Positions 20,192-29,978 of a DNA stretch of 64,000 nt are shown one piece after another. The notes below the pieces were generated by a model. It ran no database searches. It was given only the letters and a program-made list of their open reading frames with translations, and was not told the origin of the DNA. How positions within the stretch are numbered: the first letter of the stretch is position 1; every line of letters begins with the position of its first letter. The stretch is taken from contig JACVGT010000013.1 in assembly GCA_018992685.1 (NCBI GenBank), positions 1 to 64,000 of the forward strand, in the 5' to 3' direction. This DNA is from Theionarchaea archaeon (GTDB lineage Archaea; Methanobacteriota_B; Thermococci; Methanofastidiosales; SZ-28-30). A program made the translations under genes and the position numbers.

Positions 20192-20680
20192 ATGAACGAC
20201 AATATTCGAGGCGAACTGGTACAGGAGCTCGTTGTCATGGCTCGATATTGGGGATTGTCTGAAGGAAGTGCAGCAGTATACGCTGTTCTCGCCCTGTCAG
20301 GGAACGCATTGAACATGAATGAACTGCAGAAGCTTACTGGATACAGCCTGTCCTCAGTGTCTACCCATTTGAAGTCACTGACTGAAAAATACCTGGTGAC
20401 CAAGATGAAAGAAGAGGGAGTGTACGTTTATAGGGCAGAAATGGATTTCGAGCAAATATTCAGGCTGCTTTCAAAAGAACTGCTGGACCGGAATATTCTG
20501 CCCCTGCACAGGAAGGTCAGAGAATTCAGAGAAGTGCAAGAAGGAGCCCTGAATCAGCACTTGTCTCGTCTCGAGCAGGAGATGTCAAAACTCATTGACT
20601 ACCTGACAAAGATCATATCTACGAGAGGTGAAGCTCATGGTATTGAGGAAAACAACATCCTTATGCCCAGTATGTCATGA
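20192..20680 (+). CDS. GbsR/MarR-type winged-helix transcriptional regulator
   Basis: ARYWGLSEGSAAVYAVL.LS...L.M.EL...TGYSLSSVSTHLK.L; GGAGG RBS. Confidence 0.82.
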   Translation: MNDNIRGELVQELVVMARYWGLSEGSAAVYAVLALSGNALNMNELQKLTGYSLSSVSTHLKSLTEKYLVTKMKEEGVYVYRAEMDFEQIFRLLSKELLDRNILPLHRKVREFREVQEGALNQHLSRLEQEMSKLIDYLTKIISTRGEAHGIEENNILMPSMS

Positions 20681-22121
20681 GGTCATAGAAGCAGATATCG
20701 TGGAAGAGAATGGCAAGGTGATGATGGAGAAGACCTGTCCTGATCATGGATTCTTCAAGGATCTCTATTGGGGAGATGCAGACATGTACAAGAAAGCCCA
20801 GAGATTCGTCCATGAAGGAAAAGGAATCTCAACTCCCATTACCACCAGAGAGAAAGGATGTCCTTTCGACTGCGGCATCTGTAATGAGCATAAGACCACC
20901 ACTATACTGGCAAACATTGACTTGACTAACAGGTGCAACATGCGATGTCCCATCTGTTTTGCCGATACCACCTCTGAATACCTGTATGAACCCTCATTTG
21001 AGGAAGTCGTGGAGATGCTCAAGGTTCTGCGCGGCGAAGCTCCAGTCCCCTGCAAGGCTGTTCAGTTCAGTGGGGGAGAACCAACAGTACGATCAGATCT
21101 TCCAGAAATTATTCGGAAGGCGAAAGAACTGGGATTTGCGCAGATACAGATTGCAACCAACGGATTAAAGCTTGCAGAGTCCCTGGACTTCTGCAAGGAA
21201 CTGCGTGATGCGGGATTGAACACGGTGTATCTACAGTTTGATGGGGTTACTCCAGATGTGTATGAAAAGACCAGGGGATTCAATGCCTGGCCAATTAAAG
21301 AGAAGGCCATTGAGAACTGTGAAAAAGCAGGGGCCACCAGCATCTGTTTGGTGCCCACCCTTGTTAAAGGAATAAACGATAACCAAGTCGGAGATATCAT
21401 TCGGTATGCATTTGACCATCGCAGAGTGGTGAGAGCAGTGAATTTCCAGCCCATATCGTTTGCTGGCCGTCTCAGGTATGAAGACCTCATGGACATGCGG
21501 ATAACCATTCCGGACTTTACATATCTGGTGGAAGAACAGACGAATGGACAGATAACTGCACAGGATTTCTATACAGTGCCCACAGTGGTTCCCATATCTC
21601 ATCTCGTAGAAGCCTTGACTGGGAAACCGCAGGTAGAGTTTACCTGCCATTTCACGTGCGGTGCTGCAACGTACGTTTTCAAGGATGGAGACAAGCTAGT
21701 ACCCATCACACAATTCATTGACGTAGTGGAGTTAACTGACTATCTGGAGGACTTGTCCCAAGAGAAGATTGGCGCCGTCAAGAAGCCGCTGGTGGCAGCC
21801 AAAGTACTGAACAAGCTGAGGAAAGTAATAGACAAGGACAAGAAACCTGGATACTTGAACATCGAAAAAATGCTGCTGGATATCTTCTTGGGCCGCTCAT
21901 ACCTGGATGAATTCAGTTATGAAGCTGTTCTCATTGGATGCATGCACTTCCAGGATGGATATAATTTTGATCTGGAACGAGTGCAGCGATGTGCCATTCA
22001 TTACGCACTTCCAGACGGGCGTGTCATACCGTTCTGTCCTTTCAACACTGTACACAGAAAGGAATTTGAACGGGAGTACGCCAGGCAGAAAGGTACACTG
22101 AAAAAAGAAGTCACAGTGTAA
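20637..22121 (+). CDS. tes: Tetraether lipid (GDGT/macrocyclic archaeol) synthase, radical SAM
   Basis: SLCPVC...KTCPDHG rubredoxin-like site, GCPFDCGICNEH, CNMRCPIC, GGEPT, YLQFDG, NFQP.SF.GR, CMHF.D.YNFD..RV.RC.IHY, IPFC; closely resembles MJ0619. Confidence 0.92.
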   Translation: MVLRKTTSLCPVCHEVIEADIVEENGKVMMEKTCPDHGFFKDLYWGDADMYKKAQRFVHEGKGISTPITTREKGCPFDCGICNEHKTTTILANIDLTNRCNMRCPICFADTTSEYLYEPSFEEVVEMLKVLRGEAPVPCKAVQFSGGEPTVRSDLPEIIRKAKELGFAQIQIATNGLKLAESLDFCKELRDAGLNTVYLQFDGVTPDVYEKTRGFNAWPIKEKAIENCEKAGATSICLVPTLVKGINDNQVGDIIRYAFDHRRVVRAVNFQPISFAGRLRYEDLMDMRITIPDFTYLVEEQTNGQITAQDFYTVPTVVPISHLVEALTGKPQVEFTCHFTCGAATYVFKDGDKLVPITQFIDVVELTDYLEDLSQEKIGAVKKPLVAAKVLNKLRKVIDKDKKPGYLNIEKMLLDIFLGRSYLDEFSYEAVLIGCMHFQDGYNFDLERVQRCAIHYALPDGRVIPFCPFNTVHRKEFEREYARQKGTLKKEVTV

Positions 22122-22180
22122 TCTCTTTTTCCTCACTTTCTTATTTCTTTCCTCTTCTTGTTTTTCTCCTTTTCTTGACT
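22122..22180 (+). terminator. Pyrimidine-rich terminator
   Basis: Long T/C tract after the tes stop. Confidence 0.6.
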
Positions 22181-22259
22181 ATCTTTGCCATCGCTCCGAG
22201 CAGGTGTGACAAGCGCGCTTCGTGCACCAGAGTCGTACTTGCAGACTGCATTCATCGTG

Positions 22260-22736
22260 TCATTGGGATAGAAAATCTCCTATTCCCAAGTGATAGGCCA
22301 TCAAAAAAGCAAAAATTGCCACGAATAGAGTCAAGATAGTCAAAATCTTGATTAATGTTTCACTTGGAGGAATATTTCCCACTCTATTGAACTTGACTAA
22401 CTGTTTGGCGCCATCTTGAAAGAAGATGTAGTGGAAAGCTCTATACCAGAAAAAGAACAAGGTAATCCATGCAAGAACCTGATATATCCCTATATCCTGC
22501 ATTACAACGTAAAATGGGTCTTTGTATCCTCCTGCATATTGAAACAGACCAAGTAGAAAGAAGGGAACCGTCATATACAAGAAATATCCTTTCAGGAACG
22601 CATTAGCCTCCTCTGTCCATTCTGGATGCTCCTTCAGGGTCTCTGAAAGACGGTATTTGCCCCAGAGCACATTGATCGCGCCCACCGGGACACCCAAAAA
22701 CCACAAATACTGGAATATGAATATGTTTTCAACCAT
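22260..22736 (-). CDS. Hypothetical membrane protein
   Basis: 158 aa with 4 hydrophobic segments; GGTGA RBS. Confidence 0.7.
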   Translation of the reverse strand: MVENIFIFQYLWFLGVPVGAINVLWGKYRLSETLKEHPEWTEEANAFLKGYFLYMTVPFFLLGLFQYAGGYKDPFYVVMQDIGIYQVLAWITLFFFWYRAFHYIFFQDGAKQLVKFNRVGNIPPSETLIKILTILTLFVAIFAFLMAYHLGIGDFLSQ

Positions 22737-23030
22737 GGACGATCACCTTGAGTTATGATTCAAGTACTCAGGGCTGGATTGTATCCTTAATAAGGTTTTG
22801 GATACCTTTCCTGCTGGATTGCCGACATGAACAGGGCAGAAGAAGAACTCTGGATATATCAGAACACTAGTGTGTTGTCACTGTCACGCCTCTAGGATAT
22901 GCATTGCGACGGTCTGAACCATGTCCCAAAGAGACCAGCCATCTTATATGGATAGCGTAAGGTGAGCACATCTTGAAGTCAATGCACCTGCTTCAGATAG
23001 TATTATAACATGGAGATGAGAGGCTCCATC

Positions 23031-23852
23031 ATGAAAGTCTACATCTCTGCAGATATTGAAGGGATATCCGGAGTCACCGATCTTGATCATATCAGGAGAG
23101 AAGGCAAAGACTATGACACTGCACGAATGCTCATGACCAACGAAGTCAATGCTGCTGTAGAGGGCGCCTTTGAAGGGGGGGCGTCAGAGGTTACAGTCAA
23201 TGATTCCCATGGGAGTATGATAAACCTGCTCATGGAAGAACTTGATCCTCGTGTTTCTATCATTTCAGGAGCACCCAAACCCTTGTCTATGGTTCAAGGT
23301 GTTCAGGGAAACGATGCTGCATTCTTCATCGGGTATCATTCAAAAGCAGGTACTGAGGACGCCGTCATGGACCACACCTACCACGGTCGAGTCGTCCATA
23401 CTATACGGGTGAACGGTGCAGAACTGGGCGAATTGGGAATCAATGCGGCTCTCGCTGGCCATTTTGGTGTTCCGGTAGTTCTGGTTTCAGGGGACGAGAG
23501 AACGACACAGGAAGCTGAAGCCTTGCTTGGCAACGTGGAGGTTGTGGCAACCAAGGAAGGAATAGGACGCTTTGCTGCCAGAAATGTCCATCCTGCAGCA
23601 GCCTGCAAGGAGATAAAAAGGAAAGCACAGAAAGTCATACAGGAATCCAGGCAAAGGAACCCATATATCATACCTCCGCCTCTCCGTCTGGAAATGGATG
23701 TACTCTTCAGTGACATGGCTGATCGAATTGTCATGGTTCCATCTGTCGAACGAGTTTCTGGAAGGTGTGTTGCATATCACTGTGAAGATTTCGTGACTCT
23801 TTACACCATGATGAGGGCCATGATTCTCATAGCTTCCACTGCTATGCGATAG
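23031..23852 (+). CDS. dppA: D-aminopeptidase, peptidase M55 (DppA-like)
   Basis: MKVYISADIEG, VNDSHG, GYHS.AG, DHTY, GELGINA, LVSGD. Confidence 0.93.
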   Translation: MKVYISADIEGISGVTDLDHIRREGKDYDTARMLMTNEVNAAVEGAFEGGASEVTVNDSHGSMINLLMEELDPRVSIISGAPKPLSMVQGVQGNDAAFFIGYHSKAGTEDAVMDHTYHGRVVHTIRVNGAELGELGINAALAGHFGVPVVLVSGDERTTQEAEALLGNVEVVATKEGIGRFAARNVHPAAACKEIKRKAQKVIQESRQRNPYIIPPPLRLEMDVLFSDMADRIVMVPSVERVSGRCVAYHCEDFVTLYTMMRAMILIASTAMR

Positions 23853-23915
23853 ATTTTATTTCAGTGATGCATTCATACACTGAACCCCTCACGAACCTCG
23901 GGAGGAATGCAGGAG

Positions 23916-24575
23916 TCATAACAGTGCCTCAAAAAACTGGGAAAGCTTAATTCTGTCCAGGTGGCCTTCTGTTCTCACACCTGTACACACATCAACACCA
24001 AAAGGGCCTACTGCATTGATTGCGTCTCGTACGTTGGATGGGTTCAATCCTCCGGCCAGAAAGACAGGGGTGTGGACAATTTCCCGAATTTCCCTGCTGA
24101 TGCCCCAATCGTGAGACCTTCCGGTGCCTCCCAGCTCTTTCACCTTCAAGAACTGATTTCCTGAGTCCAAAAGCAGAGCATCCACATGATCAGCTGCTAG
24201 AATAGCTTCTTCAACTGCCTCTTTCCTCGTGATGTGAATCACCTGAACCAGAGAAACGCCGGGAAGCTCTTCTCGAAGCTCTTCATACGTTCCGTGGACA
24301 AGTCGGTCGCAAATCTGGATTGTATTGGCCCTTGTCCTTTTCTGCTGCTCAATGATCGGACGAGTGTCTTGCTTGCTGGTGAGAAGAAAGGAAGAAACTC
24401 CGGGTGGGACACGAGCAGCAATCTCAGCAATCAGTGCTTCCCCAATTACTCCCGGACCACTGGGCATGTCAGACACTAATCCCAGAGCTGAGGCTCCCTG
24501 CCTAATGGCTAGCCATGCCTCTTCAATGCTGGCTATACAACAAATCTTTACCCTGGGAATCTTGGTAGGGTCCAT
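23916..24575 (-). CDS. trpF: Phosphoribosylanthranilate isomerase (stand-alone)
   Basis: RVKICC, LLLDS, LGGTGRSHDW, FLAGGLNPSNV, GVDVCTGV. Confidence 0.88.
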   Translation of the reverse strand: MDPTKIPRVKICCIASIEEAWLAIRQGASALGLVSDMPSGPGVIGEALIAEIAARVPPGVSSFLLTSKQDTRPIIEQQKRTRANTIQICDRLVHGTYEELREELPGVSLVQVIHITRKEAVEEAILAADHVDALLLDSGNQFLKVKELGGTGRSHDWGISREIREIVHTPVFLAGGLNPSNVRDAINAVGPFGVDVCTGVRTEGHLDRIKLSQFFEALL

Positions 24576-24693
24576 AATTCATCCCTTCTCCTTGTTTTGA
24601 GGGAAGGTATTTCATCTCTGCCAACCCTTTATGAACAAGAGATTACCTTCATTACTGGATCGTGGGACTGTAATCAGTTTCGTGTCATTCATG

Positions 24694-25923
24694 TTATTCA
24701 TATATTTTTTCGTTCGCATTTGCCTCCATGGCATCCATCTCTACATTCCGGACTGCCTCAGGAAGGGAGAGGACCTCTCTGTAATACTCGTGCTGGATGA
24801 TTAGATTCATAACCTCGTTTGTACCTGTCCAGATCATCATTAATCGGGCATCCCGTAACATCCTCTCGATTGGGTACACGTTGGTATACCCAATCCCGCC
24901 CATGATCTGCATGGCGTGATTCACAATTTCCCAGGCTGTGTCAGTAGCACACTTCTTGGCCTCGGATACCAGCCTGCGCGTGTACCCAGTTCCTCCATAT
25001 CTATCAACTGCTACTGCTGCCCCGTGCACCAGCCCTGAAGCTGCATCCAACATGGTAATGCTGTCAGCAACTTTGAAAGAAACTCCTTCAAATTTCCGAA
25101 TAGTCTGTCCAAAGGCCTTCCTTCTGTCGCTGTATCGTGCTGCAATCTCCAATGCTGCCCTGGCCAGTCCAAGAGCTCCTGCTGCTGAGGTCATCCTCTC
25201 TGGAATCATCATCTGGTAGAAAATCTCAGAACCTTTGCCTTCACCGCAGAGTATGTTTTCAGCAGGAACTTCAGTATCTTTGAATACTAGTCTCCCTGCA
25301 CCTCCTCCTCTGGTGCCCATGATTCCGTACAGATATTCCACCTTGACACCCATGTCTCTTTCTACAATAAAGGTGCTCAAAGAGGTTCTGGGATCACCTG
25401 TCCCAGTCCGGGCATAGACGAGAAAGATGTCTGCACCTTCAGCTCCCACGACAAACCGTTTCTGTCCGTTCAGAATATAGTGGTCTCCCTCCCTGACTGC
25501 TTCAGTAGTGGTACCAAAGAAATCGCTGCCACCTCTGGGTTCTGTGAGGGCTTCTGCACAGCAGGTCTCTCCCCGTATCAAAGGTTTCAAGTACGCCTGT
25601 TTTTGCTGTTCTGAACCGAATACGTGGAGTGCCTCTCCCACAATGCTCACCAGAGAGTAGAGGCATGCCAGGGAAGCTCCCAGAATACCAACTTCTTCTA
25701 GAGCAATGATTTCATCCTGCCATTGTAGCCCTCGTCCATCATACGTATCATCAAATCGAAGACCTAAGAGGGTTCTGCGGGCTGCTTCAGCGATATATTC
25801 TCTGGGATACGTGACGTTATCAGAATCCATGTCAAGAAGGAGCTGTCGGGGAACCCACTTGACAAAATCTCGAACTTCATCACGGAGAACCTTCTGGGGT
25901 TCTGTCAAGAAAGCTTCGATCAT
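24694..25923 (-). CDS. Acyl-CoA dehydrogenase family protein
   Basis: [45 protein letters not shown]. Confidence 0.93.
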   Translation of the reverse strand: MIEAFLTEPQKVLRDEVRDFVKWVPRQLLLDMDSDNVTYPREYIAEAARRTLLGLRFDDTYDGRGLQWQDEIIALEEVGILGASLACLYSLVSIVGEALHVFGSEQQKQAYLKPLIRGETCCAEALTEPRGGSDFFGTTTEAVREGDHYILNGQKRFVVGAEGADIFLVYARTGTGDPRTSLSTFIVERDMGVKVEYLYGIMGTRGGGAGRLVFKDTEVPAENILCGEGKGSEIFYQMMIPERMTSAAGALGLARAALEIAARYSDRRKAFGQTIRKFEGVSFKVADSITMLDAASGLVHGAAVAVDRYGGTGYTRRLVSEAKKCATDTAWEIVNHAMQIMGGIGYTNVYPIERMLRDARLMMIWTGTNEVMNLIIQHEYYREVLSLPEAVRNVEMDAMEANANEKIYE

Positions 25924-26060
25924 GTGTTCACCGTGATTGATTACTCTCTAAGGGTATTAACGTTTTTGATTTCGGCTATCTCAAAACTAAGTCTCGTAAT
26001 CTCGAGATGTTCTGGCTGAAAGAGAGCGATACTATTCTAGTAAATTTGGCTTACAATCTG

Positions 26061-26483
26061 TTATTTTTCTTTTGATGTCAGATTATCAAGAACCAATCCA
26101 AAGTCAAAATCGCTGCTTACATAGCAAAAGGACTGTGGTGGCATGAAGTCCTCGCAGATCGTGTGTGGATCTATTGGATCTTCAAATGCCTTAACCTCCC
26201 TAATTTTGATTGCAAAAGCCTTTTCTTTATTTTCGAAATAGCAGAGGTATTCTTCTCTTGACAGTCCTGCGTGAGAAGAACACTCTTCCCAGATCGTTTC
26301 AACAGATCCTTCAAGTATTTTATCCATTCTCAGCACACCCACGATTCTCTTGACGGGAGAGGTAGAATATATGTAAATACTCTCTACATCTTTCCTGAAG
26401 ATCCTTCTTCTGAATTCATACTTTTTCTCCCCATCCAAGATTCTTTCTGCGTAACGCGGTCTAACTGAAAGCAAAACGTTCAT
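26061..26483 (-). CDS. ASCH/PUA-like domain protein
   Basis: VLLSVRPRYAERILDGEKKYEFRR, IYIYSTSPVKRIVG, PPQSF.Y. Confidence 0.88.
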   Translation of the reverse strand: MNVLLSVRPRYAERILDGEKKYEFRRRIFRKDVESIYIYSTSPVKRIVGVLRMDKILEGSVETIWEECSSHAGLSREEYLCYFENKEKAFAIKIREVKAFEDPIDPHTICEDFMPPQSFCYVSSDFDFGLVLDNLTSKEK

Positions 26484-27942
26484 CAATGCCACCCTTTTTC
26501 TTTAGAAGTCTATATCCGCCTTCCCCAATCTGAATTATTGTCTGAGGTGCAGAGCGTAGGATTCTCTCTCTAGCCAATTCCTTTATGTCCAACGGATTCT
26601 TGAGGTGAAAATGATGCCTGAAAATGATCACTGTAACAGGCTTCTTTGTCAGGTCCCGGATCTCGTCGTAGGTGTAGACACTTCTCTTCCCCACAAGACG
26701 AACAATTTCATTCTCATCTGTAAGGCGCGGATACACAGCCTCTACGACTCCCAGCGAGGAGATTTTCTGTTGATCTTTGGATCGGTAGAAGAGCAAGATG
26801 TCACCTGGATGAATCTTTGTTATCTTTGAATGAGAGAGATAGGCTTTCGTGATGGTATTTCCCTGTATGTTGAGTTCCACGTATTCAGTTATTCTCATTT
26901 GCCTACTCCCGTAGTCTTGAAATAGACGATCATGAAATTCAGGAATTATGGGAACTACAAATTTGCGTATGCTGCTTCCATCCTTGAAACATGGGTAGAA
27001 TTTTCTGCTCATCTCCACGGGATCAATGTTGTCGCCATTTGCAGGCCTTAGTTTTTTCAGATAAACAGTCTCCCCTCTTCTGTTTTTTCCACATGATTCA
27101 AATCCGAACTCCGATACTAAATCAACTAAAAAGTCTTCTTCTTTCTCAAAATGTGTCAGATAAATTTCATCTATGTTTCGGTCTATACAATGCTGGAAAG
27201 CAAGTTTGAGGAGCAATTCTCCGATTTTGTATCCTATAAGATCTACTGTCAAAGTGGCAATCTTGAACCTTCTTTTCTTGGGTAGTGGTGGACCCGCATC
27301 CACAACCTCCTCCTCTTCTTTATATATGAGAATGGCTCTAATACTATCCTGTTCTTCATATACCCAGCATTTCCTACCTGCCCTTGACACTTTTTCAAAC
27401 CAACTAGTGAATTCGGCATATTCTCTTTTCAGTAAATCAAAAATGGGATCATTGACAGTAATGTTATACAAATACTCTTCTTTCAATAGTACATGGGAAA
27501 ATTGTCTCTCATGAAGCCTCTTGAAATATGCTAATGCAGAATTTATGTCCATGACTCGATCTCCAATATTGGTTTTTTGACTCTTATGCAAGATTCCGTT
27601 ATCTTGAGTGATTAGGATATCTGTGGCATTTCTATAAACCGCATACAAAATATGATTATCTGGATCTTTATTCGCTCTCATAGTATCGTGATCGACTATC
27701 TCCAAGAAATCTGTGCCTGGGGTAGGAGGAGATTCCAGGAGAGGATAAGACTTCAGCTTTGACATTATAATCTCTCTCCTTTTAGGGTCGGGATCATTCT
27801 CAATGTCCTGAACAGATCTTGGATGTACAAGAACCGTGTGCCCATTCTCTAGGATAATCCTGAGCAGTTCCTGAAGATCCTGTGCAACCAATCCCGAATC
27901 TTCACGGTAGATAAGAATATTCGTATCGATGAGAATTCTCAT
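26461..27942 (-). CDS. PIN - GNAT - EVE/ASCH-like fusion protein
   Basis: N-terminal RILIDTNIL..RE, D..IL, LITQD (PIN); middle FKIATL.V...GYKIGELLL (GNAT); C-terminal GN.I.KAYLSHS, PGD.LLFYRS, SAPQTI (PUA/EVE-like). Confidence 0.82.
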   Translation of the reverse strand: MRILIDTNILIYREDSGLVAQDLQELLRIILENGHTVLVHPRSVQDIENDPDPKRREIIMSKLKSYPLLESPPTPGTDFLEIVDHDTMRANKDPDNHILYAVYRNATDILITQDNGILHKSQKTNIGDRVMDINSALAYFKRLHERQFSHVLLKEEYLYNITVNDPIFDLLKREYAEFTSWFEKVSRAGRKCWVYEEQDSIRAILIYKEEEEVVDAGPPLPKKRRFKIATLTVDLIGYKIGELLLKLAFQHCIDRNIDEIYLTHFEKEEDFLVDLVSEFGFESCGKNRRGETVYLKKLRPANGDNIDPVEMSRKFYPCFKDGSSIRKFVVPIIPEFHDRLFQDYGSRQMRITEYVELNIQGNTITKAYLSHSKITKIHPGDILLFYRSKDQQKISSLGVVEAVYPRLTDENEIVRLVGKRSVYTYDEIRDLTKKPVTVIIFRHHFHLKNPLDIKELARERILRSAPQTIIQIGEGGYRLLKKKGGIDERFAFS

Positions 27943-28166
27943 CTTCACAATCCTCTCCACTTGTCGGTCTTGGGATTGCCACAATGAAGAGCGTTAGGTA
28001 ACTTATGCACACTTTTCATAATTAGAAGAAAAGTTCACCCTATAAAAGTTTGCCGGTCAAAAGGATTTCCTCATCACTCCCGGCTCTTTTCTAGATCAAA
28101 TTTGTGTTCTGGTTACAACTGTCATCTGATGAAAACTTTTTTATACACTCAGGCAGTGAAAGATAC

Positions 28167-29030
28167 ATGAATCAAACCCACCTTGTCTTCCTCTTTGTGA
28201 TCATAACTGCAGCGGCTGCAGTGGTCGCTATCTATACCGGGTACGCAGTGCCAGGATTTCTGGCAGCGGGAGTATCCTGTGCCCTGCTCATTGCTGCTAC
28301 AGTATATGATCGGCAGACGTCAAGACTTGAAGACAACATCATGAAGACAGGATTGATCCAGCAGTACCTCATTTCCAACTTCACTGTAGACCAATCCACT
28401 ATCCACTACCTCAAGAGACTGCTTAAAGAGGATTACAACCTCGACGTTACTGATAACCAATTGACTTCCGCAATACAGAAAGAACAAACCAGAAGAGAGA
28501 TAGAGTTGGAAGAAGAAGAATTCACAGACTTCAAGAATAAATTCTCTATTGGAAAGAGACCTGAAAGCCTGGAAGAATACATCAGGCAGTTTGTCTCTGT
28601 ATTTGGAAGAGGCTCAGTCCGCAATGTATACTACCTTAGGAAGCTGCTGGATGAGAACGATGTCAGCTATACCGAAAGAGAAGGGTTTGAAGACAAAATT
28701 ATTGCAGTGAAAAACTTGATTGAAGAGGAAATTGAGAGGAGAGGTGGGTCCCCCAGGAAAGAAGATCAAATGACCGTCAGTGTCTGTCCCAACTGTGGAA
28801 ATGAATATCCAAAAGTGCTGCTCTTCTGTCCTTTCTGTGAGGAAGGGACCGCCAAACAGTCAGAACCTGTTGGAGAGATAGTCTACTGTCCCCGCTGCAG
28901 CAGGCCCATGGTTCGCTCTATTTTGAAGAAGGAAGGCACCTTCGTCAAAGGGTATCAGTGCCGGAATCTAAAGTGTCTTCATGAAGTGACCTATGAGGAA
29001 GCCCACAATACCCAGAGAAGCATAGGGTAA
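28167..29030 (+). CDS. Membrane-anchored protein with two C-terminal zinc ribbons
   Basis: Two N-terminal TM; CPNC...CPFC and CPRC...CRNLKC. Confidence 0.72.
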   Translation: MNQTHLVFLFVIITAAAAVVAIYTGYAVPGFLAAGVSCALLIAATVYDRQTSRLEDNIMKTGLIQQYLISNFTVDQSTIHYLKRLLKEDYNLDVTDNQLTSAIQKEQTRREIELEEEEFTDFKNKFSIGKRPESLEEYIRQFVSVFGRGSVRNVYYLRKLLDENDVSYTEREGFEDKIIAVKNLIEEEIERRGGSPRKEDQMTVSVCPNCGNEYPKVLLFCPFCEEGTAKQSEPVGEIVYCPRCSRPMVRSILKKEGTFVKGYQCRNLKCLHEVTYEEAHNTQRSIG

Positions 29031-29723
29031 TGCAGGAGCTTCTGTTTTTCTGGTGGCGAGGAGCAATCCCGACAGTGAGAAAATCGAGGTGAGGACTGCC
29101 TCGAAAGCACTGTGATTGAAGAAGACAGATACCACCAGGATGGAAGGGAGAATAATATCTGCACTGCCGAGGACAAATGTCTCATCTTTGGTGTCAAACG
29201 TGAAAATTTGGGAACCTCCTCGCTTGTACACATCTTCTGCTATCACCTGCATGTGCTTCGTCTTCCTTACTGCCAACACATCATACACGGAAAGGAGTGC
29301 TAGAAAGATGATCACAGGCCAAACGGCCAGTGACACACCAAGCAGAGCAGCAATGCCTGTGGCAAGGATGACGACGCTGACTCTCTTAAACTGGGGAACG
29401 GTGTATCGGAGAACGGCTGCTATACCTGCTATAGCCAGTGATATGTAGAAATTGATGAAAACTGATAGAATGATTGCAGTCAAGACAAACAATCCCACAT
29501 ACTCAGTGAAATAGTAGAGCAGAAAACTGAGTTTGAATTTGATTAAGAGCAGGACCAACAGACTGCCAATGATAACCATAGCAAAGAGGAATAGTGAGGT
29601 GGAGGGACGATCCCCTGATTCTATGAGTACAACATCTGCAACCCAGAATTTCCTGGCCACCACAATGGCCAGGGCCTGCACGATAAGGTAGTTTGCGGTC
29701 AAATAGTATCTGAAGAGGTTCAT
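28968..29723 (-). CDS. Presenilin/signal-peptide-peptidase-like (A22) intramembrane aspartyl protease
   Basis: LSVYDVLAVRKTKHM (YD), LGSAD (GxGD variant), APALP; about 9 TM. Confidence 0.82.
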   Translation of the reverse strand: MNLFRYYLTANYLIVQALAIVVARKFWVADVVLIESGDRPSTSLFLFAMVIIGSLLVLLLIKFKLSFLLYYFTEYVGLFVLTAIILSVFINFYISLAIAGIAAVLRYTVPQFKRVSVVILATGIAALLGVSLAVWPVIIFLALLSVYDVLAVRKTKHMQVIAEDVYKRGGSQIFTFDTKDETFVLGSADIILPSILVVSVFFNHSAFEAVLTSIFSLSGLLLATRKTEAPALPYASLGIVGFLIGHFMKTL

Positions 29724-29978
29724 GTAAATCACTAGACAGAGTTTCTTTGGTTAGTATATAAGAGTTATGATGGACGATGGCTCTTATTGGATCCAGTGCA
29801 GCATTTCTCCTTTTTCCCTTTTCGAACCCGAGGAGGATTGGTGACATAAAAAGACTACGAAACAGTACAGATGCGAGCCTCGGCGGAGAGTAAGTGAGGT
29901 AGAATAAACGGGCATTGTGAATCCAACAAGCTTAAATCGTAAAGATCATAAGAGAAGACACTTAAAGAAGGTGCTGAT

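Noticed and set aside
23916-24575. Orphan trpF as a sign of a novel pathway
   Set aside because: Stand-alone TrpF homologs are common and no linked genes suggest anything more
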